Below, piece by piece: positions 9,340 through 19,591 of a stretch of DNA of 64,000 nucleotides. The DNA is from Verrucomicrobiota bacterium (lineage in GTDB: Bacteria > Verrucomicrobiota > Verrucomicrobiia > Limisphaerales > AAA164-E04). The stretch lies in contig CP170459.1 in the NCBI GenBank assembly GCA_047947115.1, forward strand, positions 704,001 through 768,000, given 5' to 3'. The notes under the pieces are model-generated. The model worked only from the letters and a program-made list of their open reading frames with translations. It was not told the DNA's origin and searched no databases. The translations under genes were made by a program, and so were the position numbers. Each line of letters opens with the position of its first letter. Position 1 is the stretch's first letter.

Positions 9340-9753
9340 ATGACCGTACACTCAAAACCAAAGAAAACAGATCTTCCGGACCTCTCACCCAGCCAACTCG
9401 AGATCATGCAGGAAATCTGGGAACGTGGCGAAACCACCGTCAGCGAAGTGTGGGAAAGTCTTTTATCCCAACGTCAGGTGGCAAGGAACACGATTCTGAC
9501 CCTCATGGACCGACTCACCCAAAAAGGGTGGCTGAAACGTCGCATAGATGCGGGTGTCCACTATTACTCCGCCACCACCGCACGCAAAAAGACCCTGGGC
9601 AACATGGTCAATCAATTGATCGAAAAAGCCTTTGCCGGTTCAAGCGAAGACCTGGTGCTCACACTGCTTGAAAGCCGAGGCCTGACCAAAGCCGAATCAG
9701 ACCGTATTCAAACCCTCATCCAACAAGCAGCAAAGAAAGGAAACAAAAAATGA
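9340..9753 (+). CDS. BlaI/MecI/CopY family repressor
   Basis: LSPSQLEIMQEIWERGETTVSEV...ARNTILTLMDRLTQKGWL winged helix; overlaps the M56 gene start (ATGA/TGA). Confidence 0.92.
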   Translation: MTVHSKPKKTDLPDLSPSQLEIMQEIWERGETTVSEVWESLLSQRQVARNTILTLMDRLTQKGWLKRRIDAGVHYYSATTARKKTLGNMVNQLIEKAFAGSSEDLVLTLLESRGLTKAESDRIQTLIQQAAKKGNKK

Positions 9754-12347
9754 ACGTTCCCGCCTTTTTCGACGGTTTTCTCATCTGGATGGCCCTGTCT
9801 TCGGTCATAATACTGGCTGCCGGAATCATCGCACTCCTGCTGTTTCGTAAAAGCGCCGCATGGCGGCACCAGATTTGGCTGAACATGTTGATCGGAATCT
9901 GGCTGCTCCCTACCGCCACCTGGATCGTTCAGGAAATGAACTGGAACTGGACGCCAAGCAACAAAAAACACAACACTGTTTTCGATTCCCGTGCTGCATC
10001 AACACCTGCTACTCCAACCATCGAACCTGCTCTGGACAAAAACGAAACATCCCAACCGGGTACCCATTTCTCAACAACGACTCAACTTTCAACTCCACCC
10101 ACTGTCCCTATCCCGTCGAACCAGGACAAGAAAACCCTGAGAGAATGGATCCATCCGGCGAAAGCAGCGCTTTTCTGGACTTGGTTATCGGGAACCTTGT
10201 TCCTTTGCTCAAGATGGATGATCGGCTGGTGGCGACTGAGACAGATCATCCGCCATTCCTCTCCCATCAACCAACGGACAACCACGGAAATCCTGAAACG
10301 TACGGTCGATAACCTCGACATGAAATGTTGTCCCCGAATTCATACATCCCAGCAAATCACCACCCCCATGGTGATCGGGACATGGAATCCCTCCATTCTT
10401 TTGCCTTTCCCCCAACTGCAGGAAATCAGCCCCCCTGAACTTGAACAAATCCTGATCCACGAGTGCGCCCATATTCAACGCCGCGATCACTGGGTCTGGT
10501 TACTCCAACGCATCGGACGCACGATCTGTTGGATCAATCCCCTCTACCACTGGATGCACGCCGAACTGAGCCGTGCCCGCGAAGAACTCTGCGACAACCA
10601 TGTTCTCCAACAATGGACCGGACTCGACTACGCCCAAACCCTGTCCAAAGTCTCGAACAGATGGCATCAACAGAACCCCATGATCACCGGCCTCGCCATC
10701 GGCTTCCGAAAACACCAACTCGTCCACCGCGTCGAAACCCTACTCGACCAAACCGTCGATCATCGCAGCTCACTGAACCCGATTTCCCAATCAGCCTTCT
10801 TCATCCTATTCTCCGCCCTCATACTGAGCTGCGCCCTTGTCACATCCGGACTCACTCAGGAACAAACAAAAAATTCACTCGAGGATACGCCACCAGATTC
10901 AGCTATCGAAACATCCAAGCTCCGACCCTACCCGAATGACATCAAGGCGCAGAAGTATTTGATGTCCGACGGAAAAGACATCCACGAAGTTGAATACTAC
11001 CCTTGGGTGGAAGAAAGCGATTACCAACGGGTACCTAAGTCAATGTTTGATAGTTACGACTTAAAACCATTTGTGTGGAATTCACGAAAAACAAGTCGAA
11101 TAACTTTATCTGCCAACTTCGCTCACTTCTGCGGACTAACACAAAAGCAAGCAGAAGAGGTAAACCAAGTTATTGCTCAAACTCTAAATGAGTTTGATTT
11201 GCTGAAAGCAAGTCAGATGGAATTCGTTAGCGAAGTGGACTGGGACGACGATTATCCCCACTCAGGAATAAAGAAAACGGTGACTTTTAAATGGGATCCA
11301 ATTGAAGATCAACACATTGATGTCTTCCTTGAATTGCGGAAAATCTTGGAGCGTGAAGTCGAGAAGGTTTTAGGTTCAGATCGGACAAAATTGCTATTAC
11401 AAGCTAGACAGCCTGCATCTGTTCTTTCAGGAATGACTGAAGGGATGCTATCGAATCCCCCCAGACAACAAATTTTTCCAAAGTATTACGTTTTCTGCTT
11501 AGAAAAGTATGGAACTGGTTGGATTGTGAGCATGAAGAGGGGAAGCATAGCCAACTACGGCGGACCGCTACCTGAAGAATTGGATCAATATGTCCCTGAA
11601 CGAATGAAAGAGACGCTTTCAAAATGGAGGGAATTCGCCAGAGCAAATCCACCGACAGATGAAGAAATCAAAAACTTGAGCGTTCAAATTTCAATTGAGC
11701 CAAACGAGCAATATTCCCGACATAGTGAACAGCATTTGGTTCTCTGGAGTCCTGAAAATCCACATTTCGATATTCCAAAAAAACTTTTAGCCGAACTCTC
11801 AGTCCCAGGCCTATCCATTTACAATGGCATCTCAAACACTGCAGCCACCATGCTTGGCCTGTCTGACGAGGGCAATCGTTTACTGACGAAAACCTATCAG
11901 GAATTTGACACTCGATTCAGAATCCTCCAAAAACAGCATATGCACCCCCTCTCCAATGAATCATACAATCTCCAAATCAATGCATTTCCAAACGAAGCCA
12001 ACAAACTAAAAGAGGTGTGGCTAACATTCTTACTCAAGACCTTTGGGGAGACTCAGGCGCACACAATAGACAAAGCGCTGCGAACAGTTCCGGATGAATA
12101 TGAATACATGCAAGGTTTTCCACCTTCTATCCTTTCATTTATGAGCTTTCCTTCACGCATTTGGTTAGAATCAGGAACCGATTCCATTAAATTCTATGTC
12201 TTGGACGAACGAACGAGTTTTAAGAAAATCGAATGGACGAAATCAGACGGACAGCAGGGAGTGACGGTTGCACAGAATAATTACATTAGTGATCACCAAG
12301 AGCGAATCCTCCGAAGTCTGTTCAACCTTGATTTTGATTCCGAATAA
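9750..12347 (+). CDS. M56 (BlaR1-like) metallopeptidase signal transducer with an uncharacterised duplicated extracytoplasmic domain
   Basis: TM helices, HECAH zincin motif, WINPL, AREELCD; no beta-lactam-binding domain recognised in the C-terminal 480 aa. Confidence 0.88.
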   Translation: MNVPAFFDGFLIWMALSSVIILAAGIIALLLFRKSAAWRHQIWLNMLIGIWLLPTATWIVQEMNWNWTPSNKKHNTVFDSRAASTPATPTIEPALDKNETSQPGTHFSTTTQLSTPPTVPIPSNQDKKTLREWIHPAKAALFWTWLSGTLFLCSRWMIGWWRLRQIIRHSSPINQRTTTEILKRTVDNLDMKCCPRIHTSQQITTPMVIGTWNPSILLPFPQLQEISPPELEQILIHECAHIQRRDHWVWLLQRIGRTICWINPLYHWMHAELSRAREELCDNHVLQQWTGLDYAQTLSKVSNRWHQQNPMITGLAIGFRKHQLVHRVETLLDQTVDHRSSLNPISQSAFFILFSALILSCALVTSGLTQEQTKNSLEDTPPDSAIETSKLRPYPNDIKAQKYLMSDGKDIHEVEYYPWVEESDYQRVPKSMFDSYDLKPFVWNSRKTSRITLSANFAHFCGLTQKQAEEVNQVIAQTLNEFDLLKASQMEFVSEVDWDDDYPHSGIKKTVTFKWDPIEDQHIDVFLELRKILEREVEKVLGSDRTKLLLQARQPASVLSGMTEGMLSNPPRQQIFPKYYVFCLEKYGTGWIVSMKRGSIANYGGPLPEELDQYVPERMKETLSKWREFARANPPTDEEIKNLSVQISIEPNEQYSRHSEQHLVLWSPENPHFDIPKKLLAELSVPGLSIYNGISNTAATMLGLSDEGNRLLTKTYQEFDTRFRILQKQHMHPLSNESYNLQINAFPNEANKLKEVWLTFLLKTFGETQAHTIDKALRTVPDEYEYMQGFPPSILSFMSFPSRIWLESGTDSIKFYVLDERTSFKKIEWTKSDGQQGVTVAQNNYISDHQERILRSLFNLDFDSE

Positions 12348-12431
12348 ACCGCTTTTCTTATTTGAATTCATCCAGCAATCAGTAATAGGATAAAACCGGC
12401 TGCAGGAAACTCTACCCTTCCCCTGGCGTAT

Positions 12432-12460
12432 CCAAAGCGGCGCTGCACGCCGCACTCCAG
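12432..12460 (-). repeat. GGAG-type REP-like palindrome
   Basis: Minus strand TGGAGT-GCGGCG-TGCAG-CGCCGC-TTTGG. Confidence 0.5.
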
Positions 12461-12644
12461 ATTTGCGCAAGAGAACCTTTGGAAGCGTCAACGACAATTA
12501 TTTGCCTCCTCCACCACAAAACTACACGAGGTGTTCCCCCTCAAACCACTTCGTGGCTTTGTGCCTTTGTGTGAAAAAAACATATAGGAAACTCAGCCCC
12601 TTTAAGCTCGCAAGTTGCCCCGTTTAGCCTTAAACATTCCGGGC

Positions 12645-13463
12645 ATGAACGAGACACCAGCAGCCCTGTTTCGACGTTTGAAGGGCGCCAAACATTTTTT
12701 TCTGATCGCCGGCCCGTGCGTCATTGAGGACGAGGCGGGCTGCCTGGAAATCGGACGACACATGAAAAAGATCTGTGCCGGTCTCGATATCCCCTACGTG
12801 TTCAAAGCCAGCTTCGACAAAGCCAACCGCTCCTCCAGTCAATCCTATCGCGGCCCCGGCTTTGAGCATGGATTGGAGATCCTTTCCAAAATCGGTCAGG
12901 ACCTCAAACTCCCGGTCCTGTCGGACATTCACACCGAACAACAAGCCCTTGCAGCAGGCAAGGTGCTGGACATTCTCCAAATCCCCGCTTTCCTCTGCCG
13001 TCAGACCGATTTGCTCCAGGCCGCCGCCTCGAGCAAACGCATCATCAACATCAAGAAAGGCCAGTTTCTCAGCCCGAACGACATGCGCAACGTCGTTGAC
13101 AAAATGAAACAGTTCGGCAACCAGAAACTTCTGCTCACCGAGCGTGGATCGAGTTTCGGCTACAACAATCTGGTGACGGACATGCGTTCGATTCCGATCA
13201 TGCAGGGATTCGGATGTCCGGTGGTCTTTGACGCGACCCATTCCGTTCAACTACCTGGTGGACAGGGAGACAAATCCGGCGGTCAGGGTGAGTTCGCTCC
13301 CGTCCTGGCACGTGCCGCGATGGCGGTTGGCGCCGAGGGATTGTTTGTGGAAACACATCCTGATCCTACAAAATCTCCAAGCGACGGACCGAACATGATT
13401 CCCTTGCCTGAAATGAACGCACTCCTGAAGCGACTGTCCAAAATCAAAGCTGCACTGAAATGA
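12645..13463 (+). CDS. kdsA: KDO-8-phosphate synthase
   Basis: IAGPCVIE, KASFDKANRSS, QIPAFLCRQTDL, DATHSVQLPGG, SDGPN. Confidence 0.96.
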   Translation: MNETPAALFRRLKGAKHFFLIAGPCVIEDEAGCLEIGRHMKKICAGLDIPYVFKASFDKANRSSSQSYRGPGFEHGLEILSKIGQDLKLPVLSDIHTEQQALAAGKVLDILQIPAFLCRQTDLLQAAASSKRIINIKKGQFLSPNDMRNVVDKMKQFGNQKLLLTERGSSFGYNNLVTDMRSIPIMQGFGCPVVFDATHSVQLPGGQGDKSGGQGEFAPVLARAAMAVGAEGLFVETHPDPTKSPSDGPNMIPLPEMNALLKRLSKIKAALK

Positions 13464-15409
13464 GATTCTCAAGAAAAGCCATCACCTCTTCACACAGGCA
13501 TATTTTGAAAGGAACACACTCCATAAGATTCCATTACTTTTGGATCTGTTTCACACTTGTGACCGGATACGCCGTTCATTCAATTGCACAGGACAGCAAT
13601 CCCTTGCAAGGAACTGTGAAAGGAGGATTCAAGACAACTGTTTCGGACGGCGACAAAGTCAGCGTGGTCTTCCGAGGTGATGAAATCGTCGACAATCGCA
13701 TCACCGGATTAAGCATACAATTCAACGAGGACACCGAAGAAGCCAAACCCAAATTTTATGCAGAATCACCTTCCTGCGAACGAAGTTCCGGTACGGACGA
13801 TATTACTTCAACAGATTCCATCAAATTCTGGACAGCCGATAACAGGCTGATAATTGAGGGCATCGGATGGGCCTGGGTAAAATCTCAATCTTTACTGATC
13901 ATCAGCAACAAAGTTTCCACCACCATTCGTAAAGATTATATTGAAGCAAGCCCTTTATCTTCGAAACCAAAAGCAACGAGTGGCGGCAAAGGGGTCGTCA
14001 ACATTCATTCCGATCGATTTACTTTCAATCGCAACACATCCCAGGCAACCTTTTCCAACAACGTCACTGCGGAAGATCCAGACAGACTCGCAATGTCCTG
14101 TAATCAACTACGAATCAATTTAGGCGAAGGTTCGGAAGAGTTGAAGGAAGTCATTGCAGAAGGTTCGGTGAGACTGAAACTACTGGATCCAAAACTCGAA
14201 GTCGAAGCCCAAAGCGGTCGCGCCATCTATAGTTTCGGCACCGAGAACGAGGGCACGCTCGAACTGCTCGACGCCCCCACATGGTCGGCAACCAGCTACA
14301 AAGGCGGAGGGGATCGTATTGTTGTTTCAGACACCGAAGCAAAGGGCAACTTTATGGTCCTTGGAAACGCCTTCGCCACTCTTGATCCCGCCAACATCCG
14401 CAACCAAACCCTCAATGACGAAAACACAAAAACATCACTCATTGAAATCACTTCGGACCAATACAACTTCGATGGTGACACAGTGCGGTTCGAAGGATTC
14501 GTCAAAGCATCGCAGCAACAAAACTGGACACTCCAATGCGACACACTGACTGCAGGCGTCAACCAGGAGTCCGGTCAAGTCAGGGAAATTGATGCGGGGG
14601 GAAATGTCCGGTTGACTCAAGTGCGCCAGGGAAAAACCATGCAATCCAGCGCCGACCAGGCGCTATATCGCCCCCTTCAAGACACCACGGAATCCATTGT
14701 ATTGACGGGGTCGGCCATGGTGGATACGGGGGAATACCTTGCCCGCGGCCAAATGATTGAATGGGTCCAATCCGGCGAACAACAAACCATCAACGTCACC
14801 GGCCTGGCCACACTTGAAATGCCGGTGACGACAGTGATCAGTATTGGCATTCTTGATCTCCCCGAAAACAACAATACAAAAGAGAATTCGGATAAACCTT
14901 CCAAGCTGAGGGTGACAGCCGACCACTATCAATTTGCCGATCAGAAAGCGGTTTTCGAGAACAACGTCAAAGTTTACTTCGCAGACTCCACCATGGGATG
15001 TCAACGGATGGACGTAAAGTTTACTCCGGGCCGAACCGGCATCGAATCTTTGGAAGCCACCGGGAACATCCTGTTTTCTGGAGAAGAAGGACGGATGACC
15101 TGCCAAAAGGTAATCGGCTATTTCTCGCAAGACACCCATCAAATGGAACGTCTGGTCGCAACGGAATCGGTCAGACTCACCCATCCCAAGGGCAAGGCCA
15201 GAGGCGACAAGGCGACATTCTACCCGCAGACCGCCACCGTGCACCTGACCGGTGATCCTCAGGTCGTCGCGCAAGTGCCATCATCCAAGGGCGGGCGACC
15301 AAATTATTTTCATGCCGAGGGAGGAACTCTTTACTGGAATCAGGCCCGAAGCCGGTTCAGCGGCAAAGGAATGACGGTCAAAACTATCGAGAATCCCGAC
15401 TTGTGGTAA
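13460..15409 (+). CDS. Long LptC/LptA (OstA-like beta-jellyroll) repeat protein
   Basis: Between kdsA and lptB; N-terminal hydrophobic segment; three repeats of IxSD/ADx...F..NV...xCxxL. Confidence 0.75.
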   Translation: MRFSRKAITSSHRHILKGTHSIRFHYFWICFTLVTGYAVHSIAQDSNPLQGTVKGGFKTTVSDGDKVSVVFRGDEIVDNRITGLSIQFNEDTEEAKPKFYAESPSCERSSGTDDITSTDSIKFWTADNRLIIEGIGWAWVKSQSLLIISNKVSTTIRKDYIEASPLSSKPKATSGGKGVVNIHSDRFTFNRNTSQATFSNNVTAEDPDRLAMSCNQLRINLGEGSEELKEVIAEGSVRLKLLDPKLEVEAQSGRAIYSFGTENEGTLELLDAPTWSATSYKGGGDRIVVSDTEAKGNFMVLGNAFATLDPANIRNQTLNDENTKTSLIEITSDQYNFDGDTVRFEGFVKASQQQNWTLQCDTLTAGVNQESGQVREIDAGGNVRLTQVRQGKTMQSSADQALYRPLQDTTESIVLTGSAMVDTGEYLARGQMIEWVQSGEQQTINVTGLATLEMPVTTVISIGILDLPENNNTKENSDKPSKLRVTADHYQFADQKAVFENNVKVYFADSTMGCQRMDVKFTPGRTGIESLEATGNILFSGEEGRMTCQKVIGYFSQDTHQMERLVATESVRLTHPKGKARGDKATFYPQTATVHLTGDPQVVAQVPSSKGGRPNYFHAEGGTLYWNQARSRFSGKGMTVKTIENPDLW

Positions 15410-15423
15410 TCGCTCGCTGAGGC

Positions 15424-16209
15424 ATGATCGAACACAAAGAAAACATGGACGCACTGGAAAGCGAAACTACCGAAAGCAACGGGACGAATCTGCTCCTGCA
15501 GACATCCGAACTGGCCAAAGCCTATAAAGGACGCCGCGTCGTGGATGGCGTATCCATTCACGTCGAAGAAGGTGAAATCGTTGGATTGCTCGGGCCCAAC
15601 GGCGCGGGCAAAACCACTTCCTTCAACATGGTGGTGGGAGTCGTTCGGCCTGATGATGGAGAAGTTTACTTCCGACAAACGCCTGTCTCCAATCTTGCGA
15701 TGCACCAACGTGCCCGACTGGGGATGGGATACCTCACGCAGGAACCATCCGTTTTCCGCAAGCTGACCGTTGCCCAGAACATTCTGGCGATTCTGGAAAC
15801 CTGCAAGCTAACCGCTAGGGAACGAAAGATCCGGCTTCAAGCCCTGCTGGACGAACTGGATTTGGCACGACTTGCCGACAGCAAGGCCTACACCCTGAGC
15901 GGAGGAGAAAAGCGTCGCCTGGAAATCACACGCGCATTGGTCACGCACCCAAAACTGTTGTTGCTGGATGAACCCTTCAGCGGCATCGACCCTATCGCGG
16001 TGTACGAAGTTCAAAAAATTGTGCGCCGCCTCAAGGAGAAAGGCCTGGGCATTCTGATCACCGATCACAACGTCCGCGAAACCCTCAAACTCGTCGATCG
16101 CGCCTACATCATCCATCAGGGAAAGATACTCTGCCATGGACCCGCCGAGTTTTTGGCGGAAGATCCCCAGGCCAGGGAAATATACCTGGGACCCGACTTT
16201 AATTTATGA
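15424..16209 (+). CDS. lptB: LPS export ABC transporter ATP-binding protein
   Basis: GPNGAGKTT, LSGGEKRRLEITRAL, LDEPFSGIDP, ITDHNVRETL, YLGPDF. Confidence 0.95.
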   Translation: MIEHKENMDALESETTESNGTNLLLQTSELAKAYKGRRVVDGVSIHVEEGEIVGLLGPNGAGKTTSFNMVVGVVRPDDGEVYFRQTPVSNLAMHQRARLGMGYLTQEPSVFRKLTVAQNILAILETCKLTARERKIRLQALLDELDLARLADSKAYTLSGGEKRRLEITRALVTHPKLLLLDEPFSGIDPIAVYEVQKIVRRLKEKGLGILITDHNVRETLKLVDRAYIIHQGKILCHGPAEFLAEDPQAREIYLGPDFNL

Positions 16210-17180
16210 AAAAAGCAGGAAGCCCAAAAGAACAGTCTGTTGCTGTTGAGGAATTTCTAAAGGAACACAGCGAAGAACTGAAACTAAATCCTATCGGTGA
16301 ACCAACCGGACTCCATCGGCACATTAAGGAGCCAACTGTCAACCGCCCGGGGTTGGCCCTGGTAGGTTACAAAAAATACTTTGCAAGCAAGCGAGTCCAA
16401 GTCTTCGGCAGCGTGGAAACGACCTACCTGCGGTCACTCAACCCCCAGGACCGAGCCGATCTCTACAACTGGATCTTCAAAACACGCATACCCTGCGTCA
16501 TTTTCTCACGCAATCTGAACCCGGATAAAGCCCTCCTGAGCGCGGCACGTAAAGCCAAAGTTCCCGTGTTCAAAACCCCCCTGATTACCATGCGGTTCAT
16601 CAACCTTGCAACACTTGCACTGGAGATGATGTTCGCCCCCAAAACAAATGAAATCGGGTGCATGGTCGACATCCTGGGAGTGGGAGTCATCATCCGGGGT
16701 GAAAGCGGCATCGGCAAAAGCGAAGCCGTGCTGGCGCTGGTCGAGCGGGGATACAGCCTGGTAGCCGATGACATCACAAAAGTGACCCGCATTGATCATC
16801 ATTACATCGTCGGTACCAGTGATGAAATGACGCGCAACCTCATGGAAATTCGTGGCATCGGCCTGATCGATGTCGCAGCCATGTTCGGTGTGCGCAGCAT
16901 CCGCAAGGAAAAACAGGTCAACCTCGTCGTAAACCTTGTGCACTGGGATAAATTGAAGCAAATCGACCGTCTGGGCATCGACAACGAATATGTCGAAATA
17001 CTCGGAGTCAAAATACCCCACATCACTATTCCGGTCAGCCCGGGACGTGATGTTGCGCGCCTGATCGAAGTCGCAGCGTTCCAGACAAAACTGAAAGCAT
17101 CTGGTATCAATACGGCCCAAGCCTTGAGCGACCGGCTGGTTCGAAAAATGACTCGCAACCGGTCGACTCATGGAGATTAG
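16206..17180 (+). CDS. hprK: HPr kinase/phosphorylase
   Basis: NRPGLAL, GESGIGKSE, LVADD, MEIRGIGLID, IPVSPGR. Confidence 0.95.
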   Translation: MKKAGSPKEQSVAVEEFLKEHSEELKLNPIGEPTGLHRHIKEPTVNRPGLALVGYKKYFASKRVQVFGSVETTYLRSLNPQDRADLYNWIFKTRIPCVIFSRNLNPDKALLSAARKAKVPVFKTPLITMRFINLATLALEMMFAPKTNEIGCMVDILGVGVIIRGESGIGKSEAVLALVERGYSLVADDITKVTRIDHHYIVGTSDEMTRNLMEIRGIGLIDVAAMFGVRSIRKEKQVNLVVNLVHWDKLKQIDRLGIDNEYVEILGVKIPHITIPVSPGRDVARLIEVAAFQTKLKASGINTAQALSDRLVRKMTRNRSTHGD

Positions 17181-17301
17181 CGTTAATAGTTAGACCTGAC
17201 CCCAATAGATTAAGTTTAAAAAATCGCTGGCTTCGTTCGATATCTCTTGTATAGTTTTAAGCCGAGCACTTCCGGATGGCAAGCGGAGGAGTAATTTAAG
17301 A

Positions 17302-17592
17302 ATGCCTCAATCAAATACAGCAGACTCAATCACAAAGGAGCTGGTTGTCCAAAACAAAATGGGCATCCACGCCAGACCTGCAGCCATGTTCGTACGCACT
17401 GCCAGCCAGTTCGATGCGGACATTTTTGTGGAGAAGGACGGCGAACGGGTCAATGGGAAAAGCATCATGGGACTCATGATGTTGGCAGCAGGTCCGGGCA
17501 GCAAATTGATCGTGGAGGCCTGCGGCAAGGATGCTGACAAAGCCGTCCAGCAGTTGGAGACCCTGCTGGCCAACAAATTTGACGAGAAATAA
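17302..17592 (+). CDS. ptsH: Phosphocarrier protein HPr
   Basis: GIHARPA (His15 motif) and NGKSIMGLM (Ser46 motif). Confidence 0.95.
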   Translation: MPQSNTADSITKELVVQNKMGIHARPAAMFVRTASQFDADIFVEKDGERVNGKSIMGLMMLAAGPGSKLIVEACGKDADKAVQQLETLLANKFDEK

Positions 17593-17641
17593 GACTCCAG
17601 ACTGTGGAGCTTGGGCTAAGCCCCCCCATTCGAATCGCTCA

Positions 17642-18421
17642 TTAAAGGGACTCCGCCACTCGCTCGATCGCAAAGGCTCGCCCTGTGGGAATATCCACTT
17701 TGATCAAAGCCCCACGAAGCATGACATCTTCCTGCGCCACTCCAAACCGTTGGGGTTGATGTGTCAGAAAGCGCTTGATAACCGGATCTATTTCTCGCCC
17801 AAGCACACTCGCCTGCGGTCCGGTAAACCCCGCATCACACAGAAAAGCAGTCCCACCAGGGAAAATCTGTTCATCAGCGGTGGGAACATGAGTGTGAGTC
17901 CCCACCACCATGGACACTCGACCATCCAGGAAACGTCCCATGGCGATCTTTTCAGAAGTCGCCTCTGCATGAAAATCCAACACGATGATTGGGGTCAGTT
18001 CGCGTATTTCTTCGAGAACAGTTTCCACTGCATGAAACGGATTGTCGAGGTCGGGCATGAAGGTACGCCCCTGAAGATTCATGACCGCTACCTTGGGGCC
18101 ATTTTCGTTCTGCCAGATGGTCCACCCTTTTCCCGGCGTTCCCGCAGGGTAATTGAGGGGTCTCACAAAAAACGGCTCCTTCTCCAATAATCCAATCACT
18201 TCACGCTGGTCCCACAAATGGTCGCCTGTCGTAATCACGTGAACCCCTGCCTCATACAACTCTCTGGCGGTGGCAGGCGTAATTCCCGCCCCACCAGCCG
18301 AGTTCTCACCGTTCGCGATCACCATATCCACACCATGCCGCTCAACAATGCGAGGCACACACTCCCGCACCGCTTTTCTTCCCGGTCTCCCTACCACATC
18401 ACCAATAAACAAAATATTCAT
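17642..18421 (-). CDS. YmdB/TIGR00282 family metallophosphoesterase
   Basis: ILFIGDVVGRPGR, NGENSAGG, DFHAEATSEK, GTHTHVPTAD. Confidence 0.92.
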   Translation of the reverse strand: MNILFIGDVVGRPGRKAVRECVPRIVERHGVDMVIANGENSAGGAGITPATARELYEAGVHVITTGDHLWDQREVIGLLEKEPFFVRPLNYPAGTPGKGWTIWQNENGPKVAVMNLQGRTFMPDLDNPFHAVETVLEEIRELTPIIVLDFHAEATSEKIAMGRFLDGRVSMVVGTHTHVPTADEQIFPGGTAFLCDAGFTGPQASVLGREIDPVIKRFLTHQPQRFGVAQEDVMLRGALIKVDIPTGRAFAIERVAESL

Positions 18422-18679
18422 GAAATGCAGACTAGGCCCCACGTTAACCGTTTTGCAAGACCGCTCACCACGCATTCACTCTTACACGCCTCACCAAAAC
18501 ATCCATTAATGATGTGTAATTAGTTTACCTTATTTAATATCTTGCAATTTGTCTGCCTCTATGTATATTGGGGTCGCGTAAGGGTCGGAACAGGATTATG
18601 TCAGATAATACAACGAATAGATTGCACAATTTTCGATCATCTGACACCACCCCCGCCCCGGAAAAGGGAGCCTGAATAT

Positions 18680-19578
18680 ATGCAAATACAGAGTCTGAAA
18701 GTTTTTAGTGATCTGGCGGAAACAGAAAGCTTTACCAAAGCTGCACAAATCAATGGCATCACGCAATCAGCGGTCAGTCAGCAAATTGGATCACTTGAAA
18801 AGCAGTTCGAAACCTTGTTGATTGAACGTAGCAAAAAGAAATTCCGCCTGACGCGTGAAGGAAATGTGCTGTACGGTACAGCAAGCAAATCATCCAAACC
18901 TACGATTCCCTGCTCAATCACCTGCAGGAAATCAAAGATGTCGTGTCAGGAACAATTCGTGTCGCAACCATTTATAGCGTGGGCTTGCACGAGCTGCCGC
19001 CCTACATGAAGCGGTTCCTGAAAGAATACCCCACCGTGAATGTGCACGTTGAATACCGCCGCTCCAACCAGGTTTATGATGACGTGCTCAGCAACGTGGT
19101 AGACTTGGGCCTCGTCGCCTACCCTATCAAGGATTCACGCCTGGAAATCATCCCCATCCGAAACGACCGTCTGGTCCTGATCTGCCATCCCGACCACGCA
19201 TGTGCCCAGTCAGATACAATTCAATTATCCAGTCTGGAAGGTTTGAATTTCATTGGATTCGAACCTGACATCCCCACTCGAAAGGGAATTGACAGAATCC
19301 TGAAAACATTCGGAGTACAGGTCAATGTTGCGATGGAATTCGACAATATCGAAACCGTCAAGCGAGCGGTCGAAATCGACGCAGGTATTTCCATCGTACC
19401 TCTGGGAACTGTCACACAGGAAATCAACAAACAAACCCTCACCTGCGTGGAAATTGCCGACGACACCTTTTACCGACCGCTGGCCGTGGTCTACAAGAAG
19501 AGCAAAGTCCTCTCACCTGCCATGAAGGAATTCATGAATATTCTGAAAGAGGATCTGGAAAAGGCATCCAAAAAATGA
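18680..19578 (+). pseudogene. LysR family regulator with a 1-bp deletion near 18875
   Basis: HTH (SFTKAAQINGITQSAVSQQI) and substrate domain (GTIRVATIYS) are in different frames; CTG TAC GG TAC AGC AAG CAA needs one more base to join them. Confidence 0.85.
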
Positions 19579-19591
19579 TTGGATCAGAGGC

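Noticed and set aside
9750..12347. Beta-lactam resistance locus
   Set aside because: No penicillin-binding sensor domain recognised and no beta-lactamase nearby
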